Source: Ophelia neglecta
Lineage: Eukaryota
DNA length: 64,000 bases
Direction of reading: 5' to 3'
NCBI GenBank assembly: GCA_965285935.1
Contig: OZ260666.1
Span: 69,316,001 to 69,380,000 of the forward strand
Below are positions 13,892-26,822 of the stretch, piece by piece. Numbering within the stretch: the first letter of the stretch is position 1; the number at the start of each line of letters is the position of its first letter. The notes below the pieces were generated by a model. That model was not told where the DNA came from and ran no database searches. It saw only the letters and a list, made by a program, of their open reading frames with translations. Position numbers and translations under genes: made by a program.

Positions 13892-15563
13892 CATTGGCGG
13901 ATCCAAATATGAGGGGGACTGATAGAAGAAGAGGTGGCTGAATAGAGGAGCCTGATAAACGAGAATTCCGGATAAAGGAGGGGACTTCATAGAGTAGGGG
14001 GTCCGAGAGACGAGGGAGCCGCAGGATGGGGGTCGGGTAGAGGAGGGGATGGAGAGAGGAGGCGATGGATAGAGGAGGGGCTGAATATAGAGGAGGAAGG
14101 GGCCGGATAAACGAGGAAGCCGGGTGGAAGAGGGGACTTCATATAGGAGGGAGTCCGAAAGAGACTAGGGGGCCGCAGGATGGGGGTCGGGTAGAGAAGG
14201 GGAAGGAGAGAGGAGACGATGGATAGAGGAGGGGCTGAATATAGAGGAGGAAGGGGCCGGATAAACGAGGAAGCCGGGTGGAAGAGGGGACTTCATATAG
14301 GAGGGAGTCCGAAAGAGACAAGGGGGCCGCAGGATGGGGGTCGGGTAGAGAAGGGGAAGGAGAGAGGAGACGATGGATAGAGGAGGGGCTGAATAAAGAG
14401 GAGGAAGGGGCCGGATAAACGAGGAAGCCGGGTGGAAGAGGGGACTTGATAGAGCAGGGGGTCCGAGAGAGACGAGGGGGCCGCAGGATGGGGGTCGGGT
14501 AGAGGAGGGGAAGGAGAGAGGAGACGATGGATAGAGGAGGGGCTGAATAAAGAGGAGGAAGGGGCCGGATAAACGAGGAAGTCGGGTGGAAGAGGGGACT
14601 TGATAGAGCAGGGGGTCCGAGAGAGACGAGGGGGCCGCAGGGGGTCGGATAGAGAAGGGGAAGGAGAGAGGAGGCGATGGATAGAGGAGGGGCTGAATAA
14701 AGAGGAGGAAGGGGCCGGATAAACGAGGAAGCCGGGTGGAAGAGGGGACTTCATAGAGCAGGGGGTCCGAGAGAGACGAGGGGGCCGCAGGATGGGGGTC
14801 GGGTAGAGGAGGGGGTGGAGAGAGGAGGCGATGGATAGAGGAGGGGTTGAATATAGAGGAGGAAGGGGCCGGATAAACGAGGAAGCCGGGTGGAAAAGGG
14901 GACTTGATAGAGCAGGGGGTCCGAGAGAGACGAGGGGGCCGCAGGATGGGGGTCGGGTAGAGGAGGGGAAGGAGAGAGGACACGATGGATAGAGGAGGGG
15001 CTGAATAAAGAGGAGGAAGGGGCCGGATAAACGAGGAAGCCGGGTGGAAGAGGGGACTTCATATAGGAGGGAGTCCGAAAGAGACGAGGGGGCCGCAGGA
15101 TGGGGGTCGGGTAGAGAAGGGGAAGGAGAGAGGAGGCGATGGATAGAGGAGGGGCTGAATAAAGAGGAGGAAGGGGCCGGATAAACGAGGAAGCCGGGTG
15201 GAAGAGGGGACTTGAAAGAGCAGGGGGTTCGAGAGAGACGAGGGGGCCGCAGGATGGGGGTCGGGTAGAGAAGGGGAAGGAGAGAGGAGGCGATGGATAG
15301 AGGAGGGGTTGAATATAGAGGAGGAAGGGGCCGGATAAACGAGGAAGCCGGGTGGAAGAGGGGACTTGATAGAGCAGGGGGTCCGAGAGAGACGAGGGGG
15401 CCGCAGGATGGGGGTCGGGTAGAGGAGGGGAAGGAGAGAGGAGGCGATGGATAGAGGAGGGGTTGAATATAGAGGAGGAAGGGGCCGGATAAACGAGGAA
15501 GCCGGGTGGAAGAGGGGACTTCATAGAGCAGGGGGTCCGAGAGAGACGAGGGGGCCGCAGGGG
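13892..15563. repeat. 154-bp purine-rich satellite (~10 units, runs into a gap), preceded by a CATTGGCGGATCC TIR-like end
   Basis: CCGGATAAACGAGG recurs at 14103, 14257, 14411, 14565, 14715 (one 150-bp unit), 14869, 15023, 15177, 15331, 15485. The plus strand is strongly G/A. Confidence 0.95.
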
Positions 15564-15703
15564 NNNNNNNNNNNNNNNNNNNNNNNNNNNNNNNNNNNNN
15601 NNNNNNNNNNNNNNNNNNNNNNNNNNNNNNNNNNNNNNNNNNNNNNNNNNNNNNNNNNNNNNNNNNNNNNNNNNNNNNNNNNNNNNNNNNNNNNNNNNNN
15701 NNN
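15564..15703. other. Assembly gap (N run)
   Basis: 140 Ns. Confidence 1.
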
Positions 15704-16139
15704 AAGTCATACACGTGGCAAGGAGAAACAGTTTATTGTAAATTACTTTGAAAAATAAACACAATACAGACGGTATATCATGATAAAATCAGATTTATTT
15801 ACACCTACATTTACAAGCCGGCACTGTTGTTCTGTTTTTATTACGCATGTTGACATTTTGCAACGTGATCCGTTTTCTCACGAATGATGTCGGACCCCTC
15901 GACAGCGGGATGTTTGAACTTATTACGGCTTATTACACTCTGCCAGAAAATTAAAACGCTTTATACTTTTTATTTAGCCGCTTTAGTTAACTATTTAGCC
16001 ACGTTAATAAATTCGACTTGGTTATTATTAGTTTTGACGCCTAGTATGATAATGATAACCAGGTGAAATACACTAGTAAAGCCTCTTGGTGTGGTCCTGT
16101 CCGTAAGCCCGCACTCCCCAGGTGCAGAACGTACTCACA

Positions 16140-16439
16140 CTACACCCATCACCCTGCTCCCTTTCCCCTGCTAACTGTTGCCTCCTGCTCCTTTCTCTCC
16201 CCCCCCCCCCTGCGGACCTCCCCCCCCCCCACCTTCCAATTTCTCTGCCCCCTTTTCCCCCATTGCTTACCCCCTTCCGCTTTCCCTGCTCCCTCTTTTT
16301 CCCCCTGCTTACCCACTTCCGCTTTCCCTGCCACCTCTTCCCCCCTGATTACCCCTTTCCCTTCTCCCTCTTCCCCACTGCTTACCCCCCCCCCCCTTCC
16401 CCTACTGCCTCTTCTCTCAGGCTATACGTCTTCCCCCTG

Positions 16440-16518
<79 letters not shown>

Positions 16519-16556
16519 CTCTGCTCCCGTTGCGCCCCCCCCCCTCCCCCTCTCTA
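16140..16556. repeat. Pyrimidine-rich low-complexity tract including (CT)n microsatellite ~16441-16516
   Basis: Direct reading. Confidence 0.95.
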
Positions 16557-16842
16557 GATCTGATTCTTGCTATATCTAGGAATAGGCCCTACATATCCGT
16601 ATATTATGGTGTTTGGATGTCATAATTTGATTAAAAGGATTATTTTGCCAAATTGATGACCTATTATAGCGAAGAAAAAACAACCAATGCGCACCGTATA
16701 ATTCCGAGCAGAGAGTCAGCTAATTCCGCGCAGGAGAGAGGGCTATTCAGCGCACAGTGGGAAGGGAACATTTTAACTCATCGTTTAATTCCGCTCAGTA
16801 GGTCGCATTATTCCGCGCACTTTAATATTACTTACTGCGCGG

Positions 16843-17100
16843 CCCGGGGGGGGGGGGCACTCTGTATACTGAGGTTATTACATAGGTGCCGCCGTTTCGA
16901 CGCCCCTTTTTCGACCTATGTAGAATTTCGACCCCCTATTTTTTACCTACATGTAGAATTTCGAGCCCTGTTTTTAGCATATGTACGAATATAGAATTTT
17001 GACCCCTATATCTGGCTGAAATGTAGAATATCGACCCCTGTTTTCAGCAATTTTGTAGAGCTTGCGCCTTTGATTTGAAGACTGGGCGGCACATACACAA
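16843..17100. mobile_element. Probable DNA-transposon end (CCCG..GCACTC terminus with subterminal TGTAGAATTTCGACCCC repeats)
   Basis: CCC+polyG start and ~5 degenerate subterminal repeats; partner end not found. Confidence 0.4.
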
Positions 17101-17446
17101 TTTCGCGGGATGAACAAATGGGCTTGATTAGCAGTTTTGATTTAAAATACTACTGGGCAATGCAAACCGAAGACAAGTCCCATATAATTGTAAATTAATG
17201 GCATATTGTGTCATAGGTGACAGCAAAAATCACATCGCTATATATAAGGTATAGTATTTCGTTGTTTTAAAGACACGCTGACTTTTATGACTTTTCGCTC
17301 ACAACTATACTGAATGATGTGTTTTTTTTGACACAGCCCCCCAAGGCGTTCGCCGTCAGACGCCGAGCAGACGGCCGAACTCGAGATCATTTCGTCTGGG
17401 ACACCTGCAACACCAGTCGCCCTGCTAAGCTTAAGGGCTCAATCAC

Positions 17447-17460
17447 GTTACCAGGGTAAC
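17447..17460. promoter_or_regulatory. RFX X-box-like palindrome GTTACCAGGGTAAC
   Basis: Fits the X-box consensus GTNRCC(N0-3)RGYAAC. It lies in a CpG-containing non-repetitive patch ~150 bp before a strong splice donor AAG|GTGAGT (17607/17608). Confidence 0.5.
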
Positions 17461-18049
17461 CAGACAGCCACTTAAGGGATATAGGACCTCTTACTGTCAT
17501 AGGAATTAAAGGACTCAAAAAAAGACAGAACTTAAAATCGGAAGAATGTGATTTTCACTCGGAAGGATACATTTCGAACTACATTGCGGGCCACAACACC
17601 AGTAAAGGTGAGTTTTTCACTATTGTATTCCATACCGGTTTGCGTTGTAATAAAACCTACTATGTAAGACAAATATATACGACACAGCCTAGCTGAACTA
17701 CACTCTAAGCAGCTAAGCCCAAGTCACTGTACTATATCCGTCTCAATGTTTATTTAAACACCACATGCCTAATAAAATAACAAATGTAGCTGTGAAATGC
17801 GTTATTTTTGTCATAACGCGTGGATGGTTCGTGGTTGGTGCCGACTATAGATAATTGTTCTTATCCATAGCAAAAAAAGGAACCAATAGTTTGATTAGAA
17901 ATCTGACGCTGGGCATTTAACTTGCTCCTATAACTTGTCCTGTACAGGGGCCCAACGCCCGTCAATGTCATTAGGGCCCGAAGAGCCAGGAAAATAGAAT
18001 ATGCGAATTAACACTCATATAAGAGTTTTTGATAACATTGGTGTAACAA

Positions 18050-18273
18050 AAATATCTGTTCTGATTTGCCAGCCTGCTGGCACATCTAAGAGCAACCAGC
18101 AGCATATTTCGCTGCTCCCGAGCAGCACATACAGTACATTTTACAGTAATATGTCGACCACATATACGTGATGGCAACCAGACAAGAAGTTTCTCTGCTG
18201 ATCTGTTCTTGAGTTTTTTGCCAGCCAGATGAAAGTGCCACCAGAACAGATATTCATCAGAACAGTTTATTGG
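18050..18273. mobile_element. Degenerate MITE-like repeat (ATATCTGTTCTGA / CAGAACAGATAT inverted ends); homolog at ~52878-52960
   Basis: Shared TTTTGCCAGCCA...CAGAACAGATATTCRTCAGAACAG...TTGGG sequence. Confidence 0.5.
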
Positions 18274-20467
18274 GTGCGTTCGTCTGCCTATAGAGGCTAG
18301 TATTAGAGCATTCTATAAAGAATACATGATAATAATGACAAGTTCCACTGGGATTATTCAACTACCCTCTAATTCTGAAAAGTGAAACCCCTCCTAACCT
18401 CTATCCAAATAAGGGATATTCCATTAGAGGGAGTGAAATAACCACCTCCATCCACTAACACTGGTATTTGTACCCTCACCCAACCCCGATCCCCTCCCTC
18501 AGCCTAACTCTATACTAACGTGTATGCTAAAAAACGCAGGGCACACACTATACGCTGGTCAGTAATCAGGAAAAGGTGGGTCAGTATTTTTGGAGTTGTT
18601 AATAAATAGGGGTCAATTATCAACGCCTCCAGCTGAGGCCCTGTGAGTAACGACTTTAGAGCGTGCCTGCTCAGAATACAACAAGCCACGTCAATGTTTT
18701 AATTAACCATAGTTTCATTCTTGAAGCTGCGCATCTGAAATAAAGGATATGTGTGAACAATTACGGTGACGTCTAGTATATAATATACCGTTACAAAGAC
18801 CGTTACAACGATTGTCTGGATCTTTGAACTATGGGCTAAAAGGTATTATAGCCAATCTTTAAACGACAGGCTAAGGTATTATCTCCGATCTTTAAACGAA
18901 AGGCTGGTGTGTAGCCGATCTTATATATAACCTGTGGCAATGAGTGTTTCAAAATTTACCAACGCCGGGTCGGTTATTATAGCGGATACGGTATCTCGCC
19001 GCTTGTCATGGAGCATCCCGTACTTTAAGTAATCTGGCCGACATTTCGTGACTTATCACGTAACAACACCGGCAAATTGGCGTATCTCAACCCTTGAGAT
19101 CTGAGCGCAGTGATCTTACCTGCTAGTATTGTGTGTTTTGATCGCAATGAGTGGCAAATTGATCAATTGTGGACGTTTTTTAGTTTCTGATATTAAATTC
19201 CGCCTTATCATAGAATCAGTCGGCGTGGGAAACTCTCCCCAGGCCATGGCAAAGGTGGGTGATAAATTAAAGCAATTTATTCATAATGCTAATATTGAAG
19301 AACTTTTACCAAAAACTTACCTGACGTGATAGCTATGAATATGAATGATGTATAATTTGATATTTATGGCGGCAGGCTTATTAAATGAAATTGTACTCGT
19401 TAAATGTATCCTATTTACTATAAACTGGAAACTTTTATAAAACTTGTTCACAAAAATTGCATGTGCCTATATATATTTATATATACATATATATATATAT
19501 AAATATATATGATTATTTATATGAATGTGGTATATTTTCTAAGCAATCCAACGTTGCCTGCATGTTGCTTTTATCACCAAAGTTTAAGACCGTAGTGAGG
19601 AGGTTATTAAGGTTTTTCTTTAAACTTTGCAGGAAGTCTTATCATAAATTATGTTTATGTTATCATATTATTTTGCCTTTTTTGTACACTAGGTTTAATA
19701 CTGACTGGTGTAGCAGTGGAGGTTATGGGTGAGGGGGGGGGAGGGGTAACCTTGGGAGGGGGGGGCTATTAAGGGTAAGGGGGCAGTGTGCCGAGGGCTG
19801 TTGTGGATGGGTCATAGAGGGGAGGTAATCCGTGGGGGGGGCTATTATGGGCAAGGGGCAGTGTGCCGAGGGCGGTGTGGATGGGAGTGGGAGGGGGAGA
19901 GGGTCTATTGCGGGTAAGGAGGCGGAGGAGGTGGTCCCTTACTTTGTGGTCCCTTCTTTCCTATTGTCCTTTTGACAGTTTTGGGTTAGGGTTATGGTTG
20001 GGGTTATCGACTCCAGCGTATTATCAGTGTTTCCCTTCCGAGGCGGTTCATGCAGAGGGCGGAGCTTACGGCAAGTAGCAGTGTAGCCTATCCGACCCAC
20101 GACACAAACCCTAAATCAGCCCCTTATTGAAAATATTACTGTATCGTTGAGTTGCGCGGAACAAATTGCGTTGAAGGCAGACAGGTAATAAACCTAGCTA
20201 GTCATATCCCGCCCTGGGGCCTTCAGGTTATGGGAATATCGTGTTGTCTCAATCTTACATGATAATTAGAAGTACAGTAATTAGAAAGAGACAGACACCC
20301 AGGAGTGTATCTTCAAACAAATACCTGCGAGCTGGCTAATTTGTGTTTTTAAACACTTCATCTGCGTAATAAGTTTCATAAGTTTCATGAGTTTCGGTAA
20401 TTAGTTTTCATCGAGGAACTTTAAACATCAGGAAAATGTGTACCGATTTCAAGATAGTACAATAATA

Positions 20468-20635
20468 CAGTGGAACCTGTCTAATCAGGTCAGTGAAGGG
20501 ACTGGAAAAAACTGACCACATTATTTAGTTGACCATAATAGGCAGGTCAGTTAAAACAGGCATAAATAGGGACTGGGCGACCTTAGTGGGCAGGTGACCT
20601 TATTACACAGGTGGCCACAAACACAGGTTTCACCG
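20468..20635. mobile_element. Tc1/mariner/pogo-type MITE, family B
   Basis: TA|CAGTGGAACCTG...CAGGTTTCACCG|TA. Confidence 0.85.
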
Positions 20636-20894
20636 TATTTGTAGGTTTACCTGCTTGTTATTATATCCAGGGAAAGGTATCTATTTAATCATATAGGGCT
20701 AAGTTTGCTAATGGCATGCATTGTTTAATTTCGCGAAATTAAACTATGCGCGAAGTTACCTAACTTTACACTGTACATGTGTTATACTGAAAAGTATGCA
20801 CATGCTTGAACAAATAAAAAAAGCTAGGAAACTTATATAAGGTGATACTTCAAAAATTCATATTAAATTAGCCAATTAATTATTTTCCGTGCAG

Positions 20895-20943
20895 GTGGAA
20901 GGGAGTAGTTTACGTGATGGCACGACCCGGTGTAAACCTCGAG
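20895..20943 (+). other. Candidate 49-nt exon of a host gene (ATG at 20917 gives MARPGVNLE)
   Basis: Acceptor TATTTTCCGTGCAG|G and donor GAG|GTACAT; no homology evidence. Confidence 0.3.
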
Positions 20944-21486
20944 GTACATTTAACACGCTAGCGTGTTTAATGCTTGTTATAATCTAATTTGTATATAAGT
21001 ACCCGACCACAAAATGCTCGTATCAGTAAACGAGTTTTACCTAAACACTATTGGCGGTGTTTACACTTAATACAAGACACTTCTTAATGTTTAAGGGTAG
21101 TTTACATCCAATAATTCATAGATTTTTACACTCAACGATTGTTAAAACATGCTTCCTGTGTGCAAGAAGCGTGAGGCATGGATTTCTTGTGCACCTCTCA
21201 ATGTCATCTGAAGATTTATACTGAGAAGACCTTTTATAATTTATGAACATCTATATTGTAATTGCTCTGATATCAAATTTACATGTATGGGTGTTATCTA
21301 GAGTCTCATTCTTCTGAGATGCATGACATGTATGCGCCCTTTTCATCCATGTTAAGGGCATTAGACTTGTACAAGAGAAACCCATTCACTCTGAAACTAT
21401 CAAACATTGAATTCGGAATAATGTGTACCAAGTCGGTATCCCTTTTGTAGATTTTTATTCACGGTCGTAAATTTATTTGGTAGATT

Positions 21487-22008
21487 CACTGGCAGGATCC
21501 ATGGTGCATCGTCTGCGGATTTAGCCCCGGGACTGAGACCCCTAGTCTGCGGATTTAGCCCCGGGACTGAGACCCCTGGTATGCCAATTAAACCCCTGGG
21601 CTGGGACCCCTTGTGCTTATTGACGGATTGAGCCCCGAGGCTGGGACCTTTTGTCGCCGGATTAAGCCCCGAGACTAGCGTCCCTCTTCTGGGATTTAGC
21701 CCCGGGACTTGCACCCCTAGTCGCCGGAGTTAGCCCCGGGACTGGGACCCCTTGTTCTCCCTGCAAGCTGAGAGCGCCCTGAGAGTTTGGAATGGATGTA
21801 GCTCCCCACCGGAGTGTCTTAGCCCCCGCACAACACTCTAGGACCGCGGACACCCATCCCAAAACCTCGACAGTATCTCTGGGGACACTTGTCAAATACA
21901 AAAGTTCGGACGGATCCCCAATGCCTCTTATTCTCAAGTATAGGCCACATGCCCCCCCCCCCCCCTCATCCCCACCCCACCCCTATGAACATACAAGACC
22001 CGCCGGTG
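21487..22008. mobile_element. TIR-bounded element carrying degenerate ~30-35-bp tandem repeats
   Basis: Left end CACTGGCAGGATCC, right end GACCCGCCGGTG. Internal GGATTTAGCCCCGGGACTG repeats at 21515-21750. Flanks GGTAGATT / TCTAGATC match only partly. Confidence 0.5.
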
Positions 22009-22459
22009 TCTAGATCTTTGCAGATTGTTTGACCTAGGTAAATACTCTGGTTTAATTCAAAGTTTTATATAACTATAGTTGACAGGGATAAATACATTTG
22101 CCTTGAATTAGGAAAACAAACACCGTAAGTATTCAACCGATTTGAATTAATATATGTAGGCCTCGGATCAGAACAATGTCTTGTTTGTCCTAACAGATTT
22201 ATAGGCTCCTCGATGCCAAGTAACCAAATCATGTGTAAGGGGGTCATCGACTTAAATCTCACATTAATTGCCTGGGATTCGAGTTAACCCTCGGACCTGG
22301 TTTATTTTATGTCTATTGACACTTTGAGATATGTGACAGGTCCTTGTAGGCGGCCATGGTGTCACAAGAAGTATTGTAAAACATGAAATAGGCCGTTTTG
22401 GTCGTCTGCTTCTCAGATCCAAGTCAAGAGGGTGTGACCTCCAGGGGGATGATGGTCCC

Positions 22460-23150
22460 CTGACAGGGGAGTAGGCCCATCGAGGGTTTATATAGGTCCT
22501 TTGACAGGGGAGTAGGTCCATCGAGGGTTTAAATAGGTCCTCTGACAGGGGAGTAGGTCCATCGAGGGTTTATATAGGTCCTCTGACAGGGGAGTAGGCC
22601 CATCGAGGGTTTATATAGGTCCTCTGACAGGGGAGTAGGCCCATGGAGGGTTTATATAGGTCCTCTGACAGGGGAGTAGGTCCATCGAGGGTTTAAATAG
22701 GTCCTCTGACAGTGGAGTAGGTCCATCGAGGGTTTATATAGGTCCTCTCCCAGGGGAGTAGGTCCATCGAGGGTTTATATAGGTCCTCTCCCAGGGGAGT
22801 AGGCCCATCGAGGGTTTATATAGGTCCTCTGACAGGGGAGTAGGTCCATCGAGGGTTTATATAGGTCCTCTGACAGGGGAGTAGGCCCATCGAGGGTTTA
22901 TATAGGTCCTTTGACAGGGGAGTAGGCCCATCGAGGGTTTATATAGGTCCTCTGACAGGGGAGTAGGTCCATCGAGGGTTTATATAGGTCCTCTGACAGG
23001 GGAGTAGGTCCATCGAGGGTTTATATAGGTCCTCTGGCAGGGGAGTAGGTCCATCGAGGGTTTATATAGGTCCTCTGGCAGGGGAGTAGGTCCATCGAGG
23101 GTTTATATAGGTCCTCTGGCAGGGGAGTAGTCCCATGGAAGGTTTATATA
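22460..23150. repeat. 41-bp minisatellite (~17 units)
   Basis: Unit CTGACAGGGGAGTAGGTCCATCGAGGGTTTATATAGGTCCT. Confidence 0.97.
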
Positions 23151-23339
23151 GGCAGGGGGAGCTCATTAGGTGGGTGGGGGGGGAGGGGGTTAAGCCTGTC
23201 GAGTCGTGGGGTTTATATAGGCGGGGACAGCCTATCGAATAGACCTATCGAGGGTTTCATGTTAACGTTAACGACTGCTGGTCCTCGGCTGCCCACCTTT
23301 TCAAAGAGAAAGACCAGATGTACATATAGATTGACTCTC

Positions 23340-23700
23340 ACTTCTAGATGTGAGACAGAGGGCGGCTTAGCCATCTTGAGGTGGGACAGGGTGGGGTTCA
23401 TCCTTCTAGAGGTACGACAGGGTGGCATGAGCCCTGTAAATTAGCCATATTGGCGCTCCGCCCTCTAAAGGTGAGGCAGAATGGGGTAAGCCCTCTGTAT
23501 TGAGCAATTTAGCGTTCAGCCCTCTAGAGTTGAGATAGGTTGGAGCTCAGCCCTCTAGCTGTGAGACAGGGATGGTTTCAACCCTCCAGAGGAGAGACAG
23601 GGAGGTATTCGGTCCCTGGAGTTGAGACAAGCTGGGGCTCAGCCCTCTAGTGGGAGTCAGAGTGCATGGGGCACAGCCCCCTAGAATTGAGACAGAGTGT
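23340..23700. repeat. Degenerate short tandem repeat (CCCTCTAGAGGTGAGACAGGGTGGGGTTCAG-like)
   Basis: Recurrent CCCTCTAG..TGAGACAG motif. Confidence 0.7.
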
Positions 23701-24317
23701 GGTCCTTAGGTCTAAATGACGTCTGACCACATGGAGTGACCTTCCGTGAGGTGACATTAAGCAGACGTATACGGGGATAGACCCAATCTTCTTATACTGT
23801 CTGTATCTGAACGTATAAGTCATATACTTAATACATGGCAGCTAATTCCTCAGTTAATCGTTTTGATATGACCCCTCTGCCGCTTTTATAGCATTATGTT
23901 GATTTCAGTCGTGCTATGATTTCATAATATAGGAGGTGGGAGTTTTCCTTGGAGGTCGTGTGAAGTGAGGGGCGTCTTAAGGCGGCCCCCAGAACCTCTT
24001 CTGGGAGGGGACTCGCATCTACATGCTTTCGCCATGGGGTAGCTCTTGGGGGAAAAAGGAAAGATGAAAGTCGTGGCCGGTCCTCGACCTTGACTCAGTG
24101 CGGTATCCGGGTATCGTTCACCCCCCCCCCGCCCACCCCACCACCAACCCAACTGGAACAAGGGAAATACCAAAAAAGATCTTTCTATCAACCCCGGTGA
24201 CAGATCACTTTGGGTTATTTACCGTAATGATGGAATACTCTAATGACTAAATACCGTAATGATGTATGTGAGCGTGTAGGCAAAGCTTGGTACGGATCTA
24301 GACTCTACCAAAATATA

Positions 24318-24495
24318 CAGTGAAACTTGCCTTAAAGACCACCTCTTTAATCAGACCAGCTGTCTATTCAGACCTCTAATATTAGGGCCATACTGTATAG
24401 TTTCAATGTTTAATTACCTGTCTAAACAAACCACCTCCAAAATCAGACCAGCATATTCCAGTCCCTTGGGTGGTCTTTATTCACAGGTTTCACTG
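24318..24495 (+). mobile_element. MITE family A
   Basis: TA|CAGTGAAACTTG...CAGGTTTCACTG. Confidence 0.9.
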
Positions 24496-25280
24496 AAGTT
24501 ATCAGCCAATCGGGTTCAACTAACTAGTAAATGACCGCTCTCTTCCCCATCCTACCCCAGCGCCCGAGGGGCGGGAACCCCCGGCAGAATGAATAAATGG
24601 TCACTGAATCATTTTCGGTGGTGCTGTCTATTTTCACTATCGTGATCTGTCAGTGGAAAAGAACTCAGTCAAGCTATATATCTGAAGTGTAAGATATAGT
24701 AGGTGTATATTCTGATGAGAGTACTGTGTTATATATTTGATTCATGTTTTGAAGCTGTCTAGTGTATTGAGAACACCTCGAGTATTTATTCATGATGTTT
24801 ATTTATTTGTATTCTTTTCTCCCGATGCCATAATGTATCTGTTCTATAACAGTCCAATGTACAAGCCTATGATGACTACATTGAATAAAGAAAATACATA
24901 TATAAATTGACTTGTGACTTAAAATCGGCCCTCTATTCATGGAGAGGGGTGTTGATTTCTGGGATTCATAGTTGGATCTGGGATCTCCTCTTAAAAGACT
25001 GAACAAATAGAGGGAAGTGGTCAGAATCACGTGTGAGGCTGGGGCTTCTAGTTCTAGGTGGATTTCCACCGAATTAACTGACAGTTTTTTATTAATGGCT
25101 TTGTTTTGTCTCCAGTTTTTACCAGGGCGGAAAGGGGACTTCTCCGAGAGGCTGCCTTGACCAGTCTGAAACCGCCCCCTTCCCCGCTCCCTCATGGTAC
25201 GGACTTTACCCTTATTGTTTGGTAAACTCGCGTCATTTAGAACGGGGCTGTGTTACAGCAAGGTACACAACACTGTCATG

Positions 25281-25471
25281 CAGTGGCGGATTCAAGGGGG
25301 GAGCAGGGTCCCCCCCCCTCTTTTTTCCATAAGTGGGCCCGGACCAGGGCTTATTTCTTGACCCTCGCAAGGTGCTTTCAGAGGGTTGGTAACGGGGACA
25401 ATCCAGACATTTGCCTAGTCAACCTTTAAAAATTTTGGGCCCTCCTTCCTGAAATTCTGGATCAGCCACTG
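25281..25471 (+). mobile_element. CAGTGGCGGAT-ended MITE with 13-bp flanking duplication
   Basis: CAACACTGTCATG (25268-25280) / CAACACTGTAATG (25472-25484); body homologous to the 8541 copy. Confidence 0.88.
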
Positions 25472-25739
25472 CAACACTGTAATGTTAGGAGCAGGGGTAT
25501 CGGTATAATGTTGACGTCACGTGATTGATAATGATTACTTGCTTCGACAACAAACCGTGTAAACATCTGAAGGGTTATTGGGGAACTGAGATCTACCCCT
25601 ATGCTTTACCTCGGTGTTCCCTAAACCCAGCCTTTGTCTCCCATATCTTGTCGGTCCATATATATATGTTTTGTAGATATAAAGAGCAGGTAAATTTTCT
25701 ACTCCCACCTCTCTCCACCTTCTCCACTTTTAATCAATC

Positions 25740-26050
25740 GGCTTCGGAGAAGACTGGATGCCACCACCATACCGCCTTCCCCCTCTCCTAACAATTCGGC
25801 TTTGGAGAGACTGGATTTTGCCACCACCACCCCCACCGTCCCCTCTCTTTACAATTCACATTTGGAGAGACTAGATTTTGCCACCACCACCCGCCTTCCC
25901 CTCTCTGAACGATTCGGCTGTGGGGAGACTGGAGTTTGCCACCGCCATCTCGCCTATCCCTCTCTTAATACTTCAGTTTTGGAGGAGACTGGATCTTGCC
26001 ACCACCACCCCGCCTTCCCCTCTCTTTACAATTCAGTTTCGGCGGAGTCT
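25740..26050. repeat. Degenerate ~60-bp tandem repeat
   Basis: GGAGACTGGAT..GCCACCACCACC..CCTTCCCCTCTCT, about 5 copies. Confidence 0.8.
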
Positions 26051-26642
26051 GGTTTAAGTTTTTCCCTGACTATAATGACATTCTCCTGGCAAGTCCTGAA
26101 CGGATTTAGTTGAACTCTACTCGTTTCGGTATTTCACATTGTGACAAGCACTCGATTAATGGCTCTTTTATATAATTTGTACTTATATAATATCAATAAA
26201 GTAGGCCTAATTGATAAAAGTCGCAATAAGTATTCTGCGTCTGTTGTGCTCGGAACGAGGATTCTTAGTGCGTGGAATTAAACGATGCAAACGGGTGATT
26301 GCCTTAACAATGTGCGCGCAATAAGCCTACTTCCGCCATGGAATCAACTGACTTCCTGCGCGGAGTTAAACATTGTGCCAACATTACTATGTATACAGTG
26401 TCACCGCCATGTATAATATTATTGAATGGGGGAAACAAATTCGAGTGTGTGAGCACGTGCCGAGAAAACTAGAGTTACCAACAGTGAAAAAATGGGAGAT
26501 TGATGTTAGAAAACAGATGTTGTATGTTTCCCATCCAAGGCCGACTCCTGCTCACGGGTGTATAGTAATCGAGGTGCGGAGACTACCGTACACAAAGAAA
26601 TCTTCGCAGGGCGGATAATTTCGCAAATCTTACATGTATTTA

Positions 26643-26822
26643 CAGTGAAACCTGTGAATTAATACCAACCAAGGGACTGGAAAATGATGGTCTGATTTCG
26701 AAAAGGTGATCTGTTTAGACAGGTTATTTAACATTAAAAGTTTACATCATGGTCCTCCTATTAGTGGTCTGAATTGACAGGTGGTCTGATTATAGAGGTG
26801 GTCTTCAAGGCAGGTTTCACTG
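26643..26822 (-). mobile_element. MITE family A
   Basis: TA|CAGTGAAACCTG...CAGGTTTCACTG|TA, reverse orientation. Confidence 0.92.

Noticed and set aside
14139-16625. Pro/Ser/Leu-rich ORFs up to 473 aa
   Set aside because: Translations of the 154-bp satellite, the N gap and (CT)n
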